This document shows positions 55,701 to 64,000 of a stretch of DNA of 64,000 nt, one piece after another. How positions within the stretch are numbered: position 1 is the first letter of the stretch; each line of letters opens with the position of its first letter. Source of the stretch: Eubacteriales bacterium. Lineage in GTDB: Bacteria > Bacillota > Clostridia > Oscillospirales > UMGS1783. The notes beneath the pieces were generated by a model. It did no database searches, was not told where the DNA came from, and worked only from the letters and a program-made list of their open reading frames with translations. The translations under genes and the position numbers were made by a program. Location of the stretch: assembly GCA_045594545.1 (NCBI GenBank), contig JAZNYQ010000039.1, positions 15,494 to 79,493 on the forward strand, written 5' to 3'.

Positions 55701-56469
55701 CGATCTCTCGACGGACAGCCAGATACTCTTCGTATGTGGACTGCAATAACGTATCCTCAAACACCACCGAATCAATCTCGGTGAGGAAGGTCGTATGGCG
55801 GCAATGATCCGACCAATAGGTATCGATCATGCGAATTTCGGTAATGGTAGGATCCCGATGCTCACTGCGGAAATACTCCTGACAGAAAGCGATATCATCG
55901 GCATCCATAGCCAACCCGTAGTCTTGAACAAAAGCCTCCAAGCCCTCACGATCCAACTGGCAGAATCCGTCCAAGATGCGAACCTCGGTCGGGATTTCGT
56001 AATTGGCGGTCAAGGTTTCGGGTTTATCCAAGGAGGCTTCACGCGCCTCTACCGGGTTGATGACATACTTTTTAATCTCTGCCACCTGTGCATCATTCAA
56101 ATCCCCCGACAAAATATACACCTTTGCCGTGCGCACCGTCGGACGATCGCCCTGCGAGATGATCTGGATACACTGCGCCGCCGAATCGGCACGCTGATCA
56201 AACTGACCCGGCAGATACTCTACCGCAAATACAGTATCGTTGTCAGCACAGGTAAAGTCGGAACTGACCGTATCCAGCTGCGGCTCGGAAAAAACAGTCT
56301 GTTCGGCATAAGCAAACAGTTCGGGAGTAATGTTCTCTGCGTCATACCGATTGAGGATGCGAACATCGGTCAAGTTTTCAATTCCAAGAAGCGAACGGGC
56401 ATCGCTTAGCAATGACTTGGCTTCAGCCGCCAGTTCCTTCTTTTTTTCTACATATACACGATAAACCAT
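52777..56469 (-). CDS. purL: Phosphoribosylformylglycinamidine synthase, single-chain large type
   Basis: 1230 aa from the ATG at 56469 (MVYRVYVEKK), one nucleotide past the purD stop. Duplicated AIR-synthase-like core and C-terminal class I glutaminase (ICNGFQAL, HGEGRF). The track ORF is extended 49 codons into purD. Confidence 0.93.
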   Translation of the reverse strand: MVYRVYVEKKKELAAEAKSLLSDARSLLGIENLTDVRILNRYDAENITPELFAYAEQTVFSEPQLDTVSSDFTCADNDTVFAVEYLPGQFDQRADSAAQCIQIISQGDRPTVRTAKVYILSGDLNDAQVAEIKKYVINPVEAREASLDKPETLTANYEIPTEVRILDGFCQLDREGLEAFVQDYGLAMDADDIAFCQEYFRSEHRDPTITEIRMIDTYWSDHCRHTTFLTEIDSVVFEDTLLQSTYEEYLAVRREIGRTKPVCLMDLATVAVKYLKKNGKLDKLDESEEINACTVKIDVTVDGVTEPWLLLFKNETHNHPTEIEPFGGAATCIGGAIRDPLSGRSYVYGAMRVTGAADPLKPVNETIQGKLPQRKIVTTAAAGYSSYGNQIGLATGIVDELYHPGYAAKRMEIGAVIAAAPQENVRRERPSAGDVVILLGGSTGRDGIGGATGSSKAHNAHSVETCGAEVQKGNAPEERKLQRLFRNATATKMIKRCNDFGAGGVSVAIGELADGLEIDLNAVPKKYEGLDGTELAISESQERMAVVVEKENVEAFLALAAMENLQACPVAVVQEEARLVMNWNGKKIVDISREFLNSNGASKHINIRPAKPEVFAKKISGDFASNFKAMAADLNICSKRGLSERFDSTIGAGAVFMPFGGKHQLTPVQAMVQKISVEQKHTDDVSLMSWGYNPFIAEKSPYHSAYLAVVESVCKLIACGASFEDVYLTFQEYFEKPGKDSRRWGKPLAALLGAFKAQKELQIGSIGGKDSMSGSFENLDVPPTLVSFAVTTDKLQHMVSPELKKAGNRLYVISPEYDENGLPKTDSLLKVFAQVTELMRAGKVVSCYTLGLGGIAEAIMKMAFGNGLGVNVDTAMDNQTLFGYGYASFVVETTDEIANAKYLGEVTDADCICRGKESITLSELLGVYEDKLESVFSCNIPDAKTPLCNFSFESKERKAPAIRVAKPKVLIPVFPGTNCEYDSAKAVRDAGAEPEILVINNLSASGIQDSVERFVKSLKNSQVVFVPGGFSGGDEPDGSGKFITAFFRNGAVKEGVTELLENRDGLMCGICNGFQALIKLGLVPYGKIIDTDASCPTLTYNTIGRHQSRIVRTRVASNKSPWLALTQVGDVYNVAISHGEGRFLADEELVRKLAENGQIATQYVDLDGNATADVHFNPNGSIYAVEGITSPDGRVFGKMGHSERIGDGLYQNVPGNYDIRMFEAAVHYFK

Positions 56470-56470
56470 T

Positions 56471-57742
56471 TTATTCCTCCGAAATTGCCTGCAACGCACG
56501 AGCGCCGATATCGTGGCGCCAATAGGCGTTTTCAAAATCAACCCGATCCACCAATGCGTAGGCATCGGCAATCGCCTGCTCAAGGCTGTCGGCCACCGCC
56601 GTACAACCCAGTACACGGCCGCCGTTGGTTACAATTTTACCATCCTTTTTCGCGGCACCCGCCACATAGACCTGTTCCTCAATATCTCGGGGGATGGTCA
56701 TAACAAAGCCTTTTTTATAGGCCGTGGGGTAACCCTCAGATGCCATAATGACACAGCAAGCATGAGCATTCTTAAACGTTACATCAATCTGATCCAAGGT
56801 ACCGTTGGTAACGGCCTGCATAACCGTCAGCAGATCGCTCTCAAGCAGGGGCAATACTACCTGCGTTTCGGGATCGCCGAAGCGGCAATTATATTCAATG
56901 ACCTTCGGGCCGTTGGGTGTCAGCATCAAACCGAAATACAAGCACCCCTTAAAAGTACGTCCCTCCTCATTCATAGCGTGAATGGTAGGCAGGAAAATCT
57001 TTTCCATACACTCATCGGCAATCGCCTTGGTGTAGTAGGGATTGGGAGCCACCGTACCCATACCGCCGGTATTAAGTCCCGTGTCGTTGTCCCCCGCTCT
57101 CTTGTGATCCATGGACGAAACCATGGGCACAACCGTTTTCCCGTCGGTAAAGGACAATACCGAAACCTCGGGGCCGGTCAAAAATTCCTCAATAACAATC
57201 TGATCGCCACTGTTGCCAAACATCTTGTCCTGCATCATGCCGGTGACCGCTTCCTTGGCTTCCTCTAAGGTATTGGCAATAATAACGCCCTTACCTAACG
57301 CTAAGCCGTCAGCCTTAATCACTACCGGAATGGGCGCGCTCTCCAGATAATCCAGCGCCGCCTGCATATCGGTAAAGACCTCATAGGCCGCCGTGGGAAT
57401 CCCGTATTTCTTCATTAACTGCTTGGAGAAAACCTTACTTCCCTCAATGATCGCCGCATTGGCACGAGGTCCGAAACAAGGAATTCCTTTCGCCTCCAAA
57501 GCATCCACGCAACCTAACACCAGCGGATCATCGGGAGCTACAACCGCATAGTCCACTCTGTGCTCCACACCGAAAGCCGTAATCGCCTCAATATCCTTCG
57601 CCGCAATATCGACGCAAACGGCATCCTTTTCCATACCCGCATTACCGGGCAGGGCGTAAATGACTTCAACGGACGGATTTTCTTTAATCTTGCGGATGAT
57701 GGCATGCTCTCTGCCACCGCCACCGATAACCATTACCTTCAT
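56471..57742 (-). CDS. purD: Phosphoribosylamine--glycine ligase
   Basis: MKVMVIGGGGREHAI N-terminus and ATP-grasp fold. GGAGG lies 6 nt upstream of the ATG at 57742. Confidence 0.95.
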   Translation of the reverse strand: MKVMVIGGGGREHAIIRKIKENPSVEVIYALPGNAGMEKDAVCVDIAAKDIEAITAFGVEHRVDYAVVAPDDPLVLGCVDALEAKGIPCFGPRANAAIIEGSKVFSKQLMKKYGIPTAAYEVFTDMQAALDYLESAPIPVVIKADGLALGKGVIIANTLEEAKEAVTGMMQDKMFGNSGDQIVIEEFLTGPEVSVLSFTDGKTVVPMVSSMDHKRAGDNDTGLNTGGMGTVAPNPYYTKAIADECMEKIFLPTIHAMNEEGRTFKGCLYFGLMLTPNGPKVIEYNCRFGDPETQVVLPLLESDLLTVMQAVTNGTLDQIDVTFKNAHACCVIMASEGYPTAYKKGFVMTIPRDIEEQVYVAGAAKKDGKIVTNGGRVLGCTAVADSLEQAIADAYALVDRVDFENAYWRHDIGARALQAISEE

Positions 57743-57754
57743 TGACATCCTCCA

Positions 57755-58939
57755 TTAATGATGGAACAAGCGCATACCCGTAAAGGCCATCACCATGCCG
57801 TATTTATCACAGCACTCGATTACGGCATCATCACGGATCGAACCACCCGGTTCGGCAATGTATTTTACGCCGCTCTTGTAGGCACGCTCAATATTATCAC
57901 TAAACGGGAAGAAGGCATCCGAACCCAACGCCACATTGTTGCAGGTAGCCAAAAATGCCTTGGCCTCCTCATCGGTAAGGGGTGCCGGCTGTTCGGTAAA
58001 ATATTTCTGCCAGTTTCCGTCGGCACAAACATCTTCCTCGTTCTTGTTGATATAGCCGTCAACCACGTTATCACGGTCGGCACGGCCAAGAGTAGCTTTA
58101 AAGGGTAAGTTCAGCACCTTTTCATGCTGACGCAAGAACCATGTATCGGCCTTGGTGCCCGCCAAGCGGGTGCAATGGATACGGGACTGCTGACCGGCAC
58201 CAACACCGATCGCCTGGCCGTCATAGGCATAGCAAACCGAGTTAGACTGGGTATATTTCAAAGTAATCAGAGCAATAATGAGGTCGCGCACGGCGCTTTC
58301 GGGCATATCCTTATTGGCGGTAACCACATTAGCCAACAGTTCACGGTTGATCTCAAAATTGTTTCTTCCCTGCTCAAAGGTGATGCCATATACCTGCTTA
58401 CGCTCGGTGGCATCGGGCACAAAATCGGGATCGATCTGGATCACGTTATAATTTCCGTTTCTCTTGGATTTAAGAATCTCCAGTGCTTCGGGCTCGTAGC
58501 CGGGGGCAATCACACCGTCCGACACCTCTCTCTTGATCATCTTAGCGGTAGTAACATCGCAGACATCAGAGAGTGCCACAAAATCACCAAAGGAGCACAT
58601 TCTGTCTGTACCGCGAGCACGGGCATAGGCGCAAGCCAGCGGCGACTCATCCAAACCGGCCACATCATCAACGAAGCAGGCCTTTTTGAGATTATCCGAC
58701 AGAGGAATGCCAACCGCAGCCGATGTGGGACTGACATGCTTAAAGGAAGTCACGGCAGGCATACCGAGAGCCGCCTTTAATTCCTTGACCAACTGCCAAC
58801 TGTTAAAGGCATCCAAAAAGTTTATGTAACCGGGGCGACCGCACAGGATCTGAATGGGCAGTTCACTCCCGTCATGCATATAAATTTTCGAGGGTTTCTG
58901 GTTGGGGTTACAACCGTATTTCAATTCAAATTCTTTCAT
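57755..58939 (-). CDS. purH: AICAR formyltransferase, stand-alone (PurH C-terminal-type domain only; no MGS/IMP cyclohydrolase domain)
   Basis: 394 aa starting KYGCNPNQ, which corresponds to the LRYGENPHQ block at the start of the PurH AICARFT domain. No N-terminal MGS-like domain. AAGGAGA SD upstream. Confidence 0.8.
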   Translation of the reverse strand: MKEFELKYGCNPNQKPSKIYMHDGSELPIQILCGRPGYINFLDAFNSWQLVKELKAALGMPAVTSFKHVSPTSAAVGIPLSDNLKKACFVDDVAGLDESPLACAYARARGTDRMCSFGDFVALSDVCDVTTAKMIKREVSDGVIAPGYEPEALEILKSKRNGNYNVIQIDPDFVPDATERKQVYGITFEQGRNNFEINRELLANVVTANKDMPESAVRDLIIALITLKYTQSNSVCYAYDGQAIGVGAGQQSRIHCTRLAGTKADTWFLRQHEKVLNLPFKATLGRADRDNVVDGYINKNEEDVCADGNWQKYFTEQPAPLTDEEAKAFLATCNNVALGSDAFFPFSDNIERAYKSGVKYIAEPGGSIRDDAVIECCDKYGMVMAFTGMRLFHH

Positions 58940-58949
58940 GATTCTCTCC

Positions 58950-60386
58950 TTATATGTTCAGTTGGGCTACGATTTCGGTTTTGGGAGCATACTTCGCCAA
59001 TACGGGTTCCACCACATCCGCCAAGAACTCCTCGACCTGCGACACACTGCGACCAACGTATTTCGCCGGATCCAGTTGCGCCACAATTTCGTCCTTGGTG
59101 AGCGGGATGTTTTCGTCAGCGGCAATGCGATCGATCAGATCGTTCTGTCCACCTTCCAGTTTCACCTTAGCCGCCGCCGCATGAGAATGAACACGGATGA
59201 TCTCGTGAAGCATCTGACGGTCACCGCCACGCTTGACCGATTCCATCATGATGTTCTCGGTTGCCATAAAGGGCAGTTTCTCCATGACTCTGCGGTTAAC
59301 AACTTTTTCATATACCACAAGACCGGAAGTAATATTGATATAGATATTGAGAATGGCATCCACGGCCAAGAAGGCTTCGGAAACCGAAATGCGCTTATTG
59401 GCACTATCATCCAAGGTGCGCTCAAACCACTGAGTGGCTGCTGTCATGGCCGGATTGATCGAATCGGCAATCACATAGCGGGCCAAAGCCGAAATGCGCT
59501 CACTGCGCATGGGATTGCGCTTATAGGGCATGGCCGACGAACCGATCTGCGTCTTCTCAAACGGCTCTTCCATCTCCTCGAACGACTGCAAAATGCGCAG
59601 GTCATTGGAGAACTTATAGGCGCTCTGGGCAATACCCGAGAGTACCGACAGGAAATAAGAATCCACCTTACGGGAATAGGTCTGTCCCGAAACGGGCATA
59701 CAACTGGTAAAGCCCATATCTTCGGCAATCAACTGTTCCAGTTTCTTAACCTTTGCCTCATCCCCGCCAAACAGTTCCATAAAACTGGCCTGTGTGCCGG
59801 TCGTACCCTTGTTACCAAGCAGTTTCAGATGATCCATCTGATACTGAAGGTTTTCCATATCCATGATCAGTTCATGAATCCAAAGGGTGGCACGCTTACC
59901 GACCGTTGTCAACTGTGCCGGTTGCAGATGGGTATAGGCCAAACAAGGCATGGCTTTATAGGTATCGGCAAAGACCGCCAAATTCTTGACCACCTGTGCC
60001 GCCTTTTGCATCACGATCTTGGACGCTTCCCGCATGATAATTACGTCGGTATTGTCACACACGTAACAACTGGTTGCACCCAGATGAATGATCGGCTCAG
60101 CCTTGGGGCACTGCTGGCTGTAGGCGTAAACATGGCTCATTACGTCATGCCGACACACCTTTTCCCTCGCCACGGCTACATCATAATTAATATCGTCTTG
60201 AAATGCCTCTAACTGGGCAATCTGCTCATCCGTAATATCCAGTCCCAGCGCCTTTTCCGCTTTAGCCAAACTGATCCACAGTTTACGCCAGGTACGGAAC
60301 TTGAAGTTCTCGGAAAAAACCTGTTGCATCTCCGGACTGGCATAACGAGTAGATAACGGAGAGAGATATTGATCCTTATTCGACAT
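58950..60386 (-). CDS. purB: Adenylosuccinate lyase
   Basis: Fumarate-lyase signature GSSAMPYKRNP, 478 aa. Confidence 0.95.
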   Translation of the reverse strand: MSNKDQYLSPLSTRYASPEMQQVFSENFKFRTWRKLWISLAKAEKALGLDITDEQIAQLEAFQDDINYDVAVAREKVCRHDVMSHVYAYSQQCPKAEPIIHLGATSCYVCDNTDVIIMREASKIVMQKAAQVVKNLAVFADTYKAMPCLAYTHLQPAQLTTVGKRATLWIHELIMDMENLQYQMDHLKLLGNKGTTGTQASFMELFGGDEAKVKKLEQLIAEDMGFTSCMPVSGQTYSRKVDSYFLSVLSGIAQSAYKFSNDLRILQSFEEMEEPFEKTQIGSSAMPYKRNPMRSERISALARYVIADSINPAMTAATQWFERTLDDSANKRISVSEAFLAVDAILNIYINITSGLVVYEKVVNRRVMEKLPFMATENIMMESVKRGGDRQMLHEIIRVHSHAAAAKVKLEGGQNDLIDRIAADENIPLTKDEIVAQLDPAKYVGRSVSQVEEFLADVVEPVLAKYAPKTEIVAQLNI

Positions 60387-60397
60387 CCCGTTTCTCC

Positions 60398-61117
60398 TTA
60401 TTTATTCTTATTGATCAAACGTTCTTCGGCCTCGCCTGTTGTAAGGTCGATATACTTGACATACAGCGAGATCTTATTATCCTCATCCAACGCCGTCCAG
60501 AGCGAATCGGTAAACGCATGGATGTCATTAGGAATCACCACGCGCTCAGGTTCCCCTTGGAACGTCGGGATCGGATCGCCATCGCATACATAGGTATGAA
60601 TGAAATGCCCCAAGCCGCTAAGCGCAGGATAACTGAAGGTGTAGCGGTTGCAAGCGCTTCCCTTTTCATCTGCACTCTTGAGAATGCTCATTTGGTAGGT
60701 AAAATCTTTTTTGTCAAACGTCAGCATAGCGCTGATACGCGGGGTCAGGTTGGGGAAATCCGGCTCAAATTCACGGGACTCCAATGCCGCACTAAAGGTC
60801 TTTCCTGCTGCGATTCCGTCATAAATGGTATCGGTCTGGTCACCGTTGGTCACAATCAGATTGTTCTCATACTGACGCACGGCCGCATAGATGATCAAGC
60901 TGGGATCTTCCACCTTAGAGGCATCAAAAGGTTCGGTATACAAAGCGTTGTCACGCAAGGTAAAAACACGGTTGCGGCTGTTGTTGCTGCGCCCCATAAT
61001 GAAATAGGCGGCACAAGCCTTGGTTCCGTCTTCAGTCTTACCGACAACAATACCTCGGCCAACATAGGAATTGCCTTCTACGCGTTCGGCAATCGGTTTA
61101 TTCTCGTAAATATTCAT
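60398..61117 (-). CDS. purO: IMP cyclohydrolase, archaeal PurO type
   Basis: Blocks YVGRGIVVGK...AYFIMGRSNNSRNR, IVTNGDQTDTI and NLTPRISA align by eye with the PurO sequence of Methanocaldococcus as I recall it. Confidence 0.75.
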   Translation of the reverse strand: MNIYENKPIAERVEGNSYVGRGIVVGKTEDGTKACAAYFIMGRSNNSRNRVFTLRDNALYTEPFDASKVEDPSLIIYAAVRQYENNLIVTNGDQTDTIYDGIAAGKTFSAALESREFEPDFPNLTPRISAMLTFDKKDFTYQMSILKSADEKGSACNRYTFSYPALSGLGHFIHTYVCDGDPIPTFQGEPERVVIPNDIHAFTDSLWTALDEDNKISLYVKYIDLTTGEAEERLINKNK

Positions 61118-61119
61118 CG

Positions 61120-61734
61120 TTATTTCCTTTCCTGTATGATCTGTTTACATACCATTTCGGCCGCCTGCGGCAAAATCTTCCACTCAGCCAACCGCATGAC
61201 TCGTTTTTGCAAGGTTTCGGGTGTATCATGCTCCCGAATGGTTACGGCTTTTTGCAGTAAGATCTGACCGCCATCGGGAATTTCATTGACAAAATGTACC
61301 GTGGCACCGGTCACCTTGACGCCCTTCGCCAATGCCGCCTCGTGCACACGCAAACCGTAGAATCCCTGCCCGCAAAAAGACGGGATCAAAGAGGGATGGA
61401 CATTGATAATGCGGTTGACATAATGCGAGGTGAATTTTTCGCTTAAAATGCTCATAAAGCCGGCCAGCACAATCAGATCAATTTTCTCTTCGTCGAGCAT
61501 AGCGATTAGTTTTTCCTCAAAAGCATCCTGACCGCCGCACACCTTTTTTGTCAATGTTACGGCCTTAATATCGGCTTTTTCCGCCCGTATCAAGGCATAA
61601 GCTCCGGTTACGTTCGATACCACCAAGGCAATCTCACCGCTGGTAATGATGCCTTTTTGCTGAGCATCGATCAGCGCCTGCAGGTTGGTACCGCCGCCCG
61701 AAACCAATACCGCAATCCTTGCTTTATCCTTCAT
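61120..61734 (-). CDS. purN: Phosphoribosylglycinamide formyltransferase
   Basis: IAVLVSGGGTNLQALID N-terminus and INVHPSLIP block. ATG at 61734 has AAGGAG 6 nt upstream. Confidence 0.93.
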   Translation of the reverse strand: MKDKARIAVLVSGGGTNLQALIDAQQKGIITSGEIALVVSNVTGAYALIRAEKADIKAVTLTKKVCGGQDAFEEKLIAMLDEEKIDLIVLAGFMSILSEKFTSHYVNRIINVHPSLIPSFCGQGFYGLRVHEAALAKGVKVTGATVHFVNEIPDGGQILLQKAVTIREHDTPETLQKRVMRLAEWKILPQAAEMVCKQIIQERK

Positions 61735-61744
61735 TCTAAACTCC

Positions 61745-62788
61745 TTAGCGAATGATAATCTTCTCATCCGACTCGATAATGTCGCCGATCACATAGGCAT
61801 CCTCGCCCTGCTCACGCAGAATGGCAAGCGCCGTATCCACATCTTCTTTGGCTACAACCACGCTCATGCCAACGCCCATATTAAACGTGTTGAACATATC
61901 ACGACGGCTGATGTTGCCGGTTTTGGCAATCAGATCAAAAATAGGCAGAACCTTTACATCCGACTCGGTAATACGAGCACCCAACCCTTCGGGAATGCTC
62001 CGAGGAATGTTCTCATAGAAGCCACCGCCGGTGATGTGAGAAATGCCTTTTACCGCTACCTTTTCAAGCAGAGCCAGAATGGGCTTAACATAAATACGGG
62101 TCGGCGTCAACAGCGTTTCGCCGATCGACTTCCCATTAAGTTCAGCTACGGGGCTCTTCAGGTCCGCATTCTCCACATCAAAAACCTTACGAACCAGCGA
62201 AAAGCCGTTGGAATGAACACCGCTGGACGGCAAAGCGATCACAACATCGCCCGCTTTCATTGTCTTGTTGTCAATAATCTTGGCTTTATCCACAATACCG
62301 GTGCAATAGCCGGCCAGATCGTATTCATCCACGGGATAAAAACCGGGCATTTCAGCCGTTTCGCCACCGATCAATGCGGCGCCCGACTGCACGCAACCGT
62401 CGCAAACACCCTTGACAATATCAGCAATACGCTCGGGAATATTCTTGCCGCAAGCAATGTAATCCAAGAAAAACAAAGGCTTGGCACCGGCGCAAATAAT
62501 GTCATTGACACACATAGCCACACAGTCAATACCCACCGTGTCATGCTTATCCATCAAAAAGGCGATTTTCAGTTTGGTGCCTACACCGTCGGTACCACTG
62601 ACCAGCACCGGCTTGGTAATACCGGTCATATCCAGTTCAAACAAACCGCCAAAACCACCGACATCCGAGCACACACCCGAAGTCATCGTGGTGGCAATGT
62701 GTTTTTTCATAAGTTCTACAGCACGGTAGCCTGCGGTAATATCCACACCGGCCGCTGCGTAACTGTCAGATTTCGATTGCATATTCAT
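61745..62788 (-). CDS. purM: Phosphoribosylformylglycinamidine cyclo-ligase (AIR synthetase)
   Basis: [11 protein letters not shown] block, 347 aa. Confidence 0.95.
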   Translation of the reverse strand: MNMQSKSDSYAAAGVDITAGYRAVELMKKHIATTMTSGVCSDVGGFGGLFELDMTGITKPVLVSGTDGVGTKLKIAFLMDKHDTVGIDCVAMCVNDIICAGAKPLFFLDYIACGKNIPERIADIVKGVCDGCVQSGAALIGGETAEMPGFYPVDEYDLAGYCTGIVDKAKIIDNKTMKAGDVVIALPSSGVHSNGFSLVRKVFDVENADLKSPVAELNGKSIGETLLTPTRIYVKPILALLEKVAVKGISHITGGGFYENIPRSIPEGLGARITESDVKVLPIFDLIAKTGNISRRDMFNTFNMGVGMSVVVAKEDVDTALAILREQGEDAYVIGDIIESDEKIIIR

Positions 62789-62791
62789 AAT

Positions 62792-64000
62792 TTATTCCTT
62801 TCCGTTCCAGCAATAGGTACACAGATCACACGGCTCCAGTCCGATTGCTTCGATGATTCCGTCAAGCGATTGAAATTCCAAGGATGCCAAATGCAATTCT
62901 TTGCAGATCACATCTCTTAATTTTTTACCCCGTTCGGTAGAAGAATTGCTGTACTCATCAATATGGTTGAGCCCTTCTTCCCCTTCCAATTCCGTAATCA
63001 CGCGCCGTGCAATCAATTCCATGGGGCTGGTCGCACGGGAGAAATTCAGAAACTTGCAACTATACATAATGGGCGGACAGGCTGAACGCATATGCACCGC
63101 CTTAGCGCCGTTATCGTACAAAAACTCTACCGTTTCCCGCAACTGCGTGCCTCGCACGATCGAATCGTCCACAAACAACAGACTCTTATCCTGAATCAAT
63201 TCATGCACAGGAATCTGTTTCATCTTAGCCACTCGATTGCGCTCAGCCTGTTTGGTTGGCGTAAAACTTCTGGACCATGTCGGGGTATACTTGATAAAGG
63301 CACGGGCAAAATGAATCCCGCTCTCGTTGGCATAGCCAATCGCATGAGGCGTTCCCGAATCGGGCACACCGCCAACATAATCGACACCCTCGGTGTTTTT
63401 CAATGCTTTATCGTTGCGTGCCATGATCTGTCCGTTACGATACCGCATCATCTCGACATTGACCCCTTCATAGGTCGAGGTCGGATACCCGTAATAACTC
63501 CACAGAAACGAGCATATCCGTTTCTTTTTGCCCGGTGCCTGTAGTTGACGCATCCCGTCACAGGTCAGCTCTACAATTTCACCGGGGCCAAGTTCCTTCT
63601 CATCTTCATAGCCCAGTTTCTTATAGGCAAAAGACTCAAAGGATACACAGTACCCATCTTCACGCTTACCGATCAGCATCGGCAACCGTCCGACTTTATC
63701 GCGAGCGGCAATGACCGAACCGGTATCGGTCAGGATCAGAACCGCCGCCGTGCCGTCAACGATATCCTGTACAAAACGGATACCGGCGGCAAAATCCTTC
63801 TTCTGGCTGATAAGCGAAGCAATCAGTTCGGTCGCATTGACACGACCGCCCGTCATGGCGTCGAAATGGCCGCCATCTTCCAGATACGTGTCGATCAATT
63901 CCTGCGCATTGTTTACCGTACCGATCACACAGATGGCGAAGGTACCCATGCCCGAACGGATCAGAAGCGGCTGCGGATCGTAGTCACTGATACAACCGAT
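62792..64000 (-). CDS. purF: Amidophosphoribosyltransferase, 5'-truncated by window end
   Basis: PRPP motif LLFVDDSIVRGTQ and a C-terminal Fe-S cysteine region (CDLCTYCWNG). The reading frame stays open upstream of the track ATG to position 64000 (IGCISDYDPQPLLIRSGMGT...), so the N-terminus lies outside the window. Confidence 0.92.
   Translation of the reverse strand: MGCISDYDPQPLLIRSGMGTFAICVIGTVNNAQELIDTYLEDGGHFDAMTGGRVNATELIASLISQKKDFAAGIRFVQDIVDGTAAVLILTDTGSVIAARDKVGRLPMLIGKREDGYCVSFESFAYKKLGYEDEKELGPGEIVELTCDGMRQLQAPGKKKRICSFLWSYYGYPTSTYEGVNVEMMRYRNGQIMARNDKALKNTEGVDYVGGVPDSGTPHAIGYANESGIHFARAFIKYTPTWSRSFTPTKQAERNRVAKMKQIPVHELIQDKSLLFVDDSIVRGTQLRETVEFLYDNGAKAVHMRSACPPIMYSCKFLNFSRATSPMELIARRVITELEGEEGLNHIDEYSNSSTERGKKLRDVICKELHLASLEFQSLDGIIEAIGLEPCDLCTYCWNGKE

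Noticed and set aside
56470-56616. N-terminal extensions in the ORF track: purL to 56616, pyrR to 47325, nadD to 25004, the NTase-like gene from 44200, spmB to 41969, the flavoprotein to 6080, and others.
   Set aside because: The extensions start at TTG/GTG or at ATGs without an SD, overlap the upstream gene extensively, and add sequence absent from the conserved family N-termini. Downstream ATG/GTG codons with good SD spacing sit right at the neighbouring stop codons.
1-64000. Search for mobile elements, CRISPR arrays, tRNA/rRNA genes, prophage or defence islands, and purine or T-box riboswitches.
   Set aside because: - No transposase, integrase or recombinase-like ORF, no terminal inverted repeats and no spaced direct-repeat arrays were seen.
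- No intergenic region longer than about 160 nt exists, and none shows tRNA-like T-arm sequences.
- The pur operon leader, where a purine riboswitch might sit, lies beyond the window end.
- This was a manual scan only. Covariance-model tools (Infernal/Rfam, tRNAscan-SE) would be decisive.

Overview
This window looks like core chromosome from a spore-forming Firmicute, probably class Clostridia. That assignment is inferred from gene content: SASP, PdaB-like deacetylase, SpmA/SpmB, AbrB, an Rnf complex and an IspH-S1 fusion. I call 64 protein-coding genes, 57 of them on the minus strand. They are tightly packed, with many 1-11 nt overlaps.

Gene order along the window:
- pyrH-frr-uppS, then cmk-plsC-ispH/S1
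- a small sporulation-flavoured cluster (pdaB-like, two unknowns, SASP)
- rnfCDGEAB, then nrdR
- a long housekeeping array: dprA-topA-trmFO-plsX-acpP-rnc-smc-ftsY-rdgB-yhbY-nadD-yqeK-rsfS-leuS-rpsU
- an htrA plus two-component (CssRS-like) module
- spmAB, pyrR-uracil permease, galKT with a divergent AraC regulator
- a purine operon (purF-M-N-O-B-H-D-L) followed by fhs

Two real genes are shorter than the ORF-track cutoff and were found by manual translation: an alpha/beta-type SASP (6990..7169) and ribosomal protein S21 (20696..20872). Many track ORFs begin at upstream TTG/GTG codons, so I trimmed starts where an ATG with a good Shine-Dalgarno sequence and the neighbouring gene's stop support it.

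I found no rRNA, tRNA, CRISPR array, transposase, integrase, phage gene or recognisable defence gene. I did not find a compelling novel system. The most plausible places for undescribed biology are:
- the pdaB-like / 177-aa orphan / tandem-OB-fold operon at 7.2-9.2 kb
- the translationally coupled TPR plus nucleotidyltransferase-like (DUF4037-like) pair at 43.5-45.2 kb
- a small acidic protein co-transcribed with nrdR
- an AbrB variant with a zinc-ribbon tail

All family assignments come from motif recognition by eye, with no database search.
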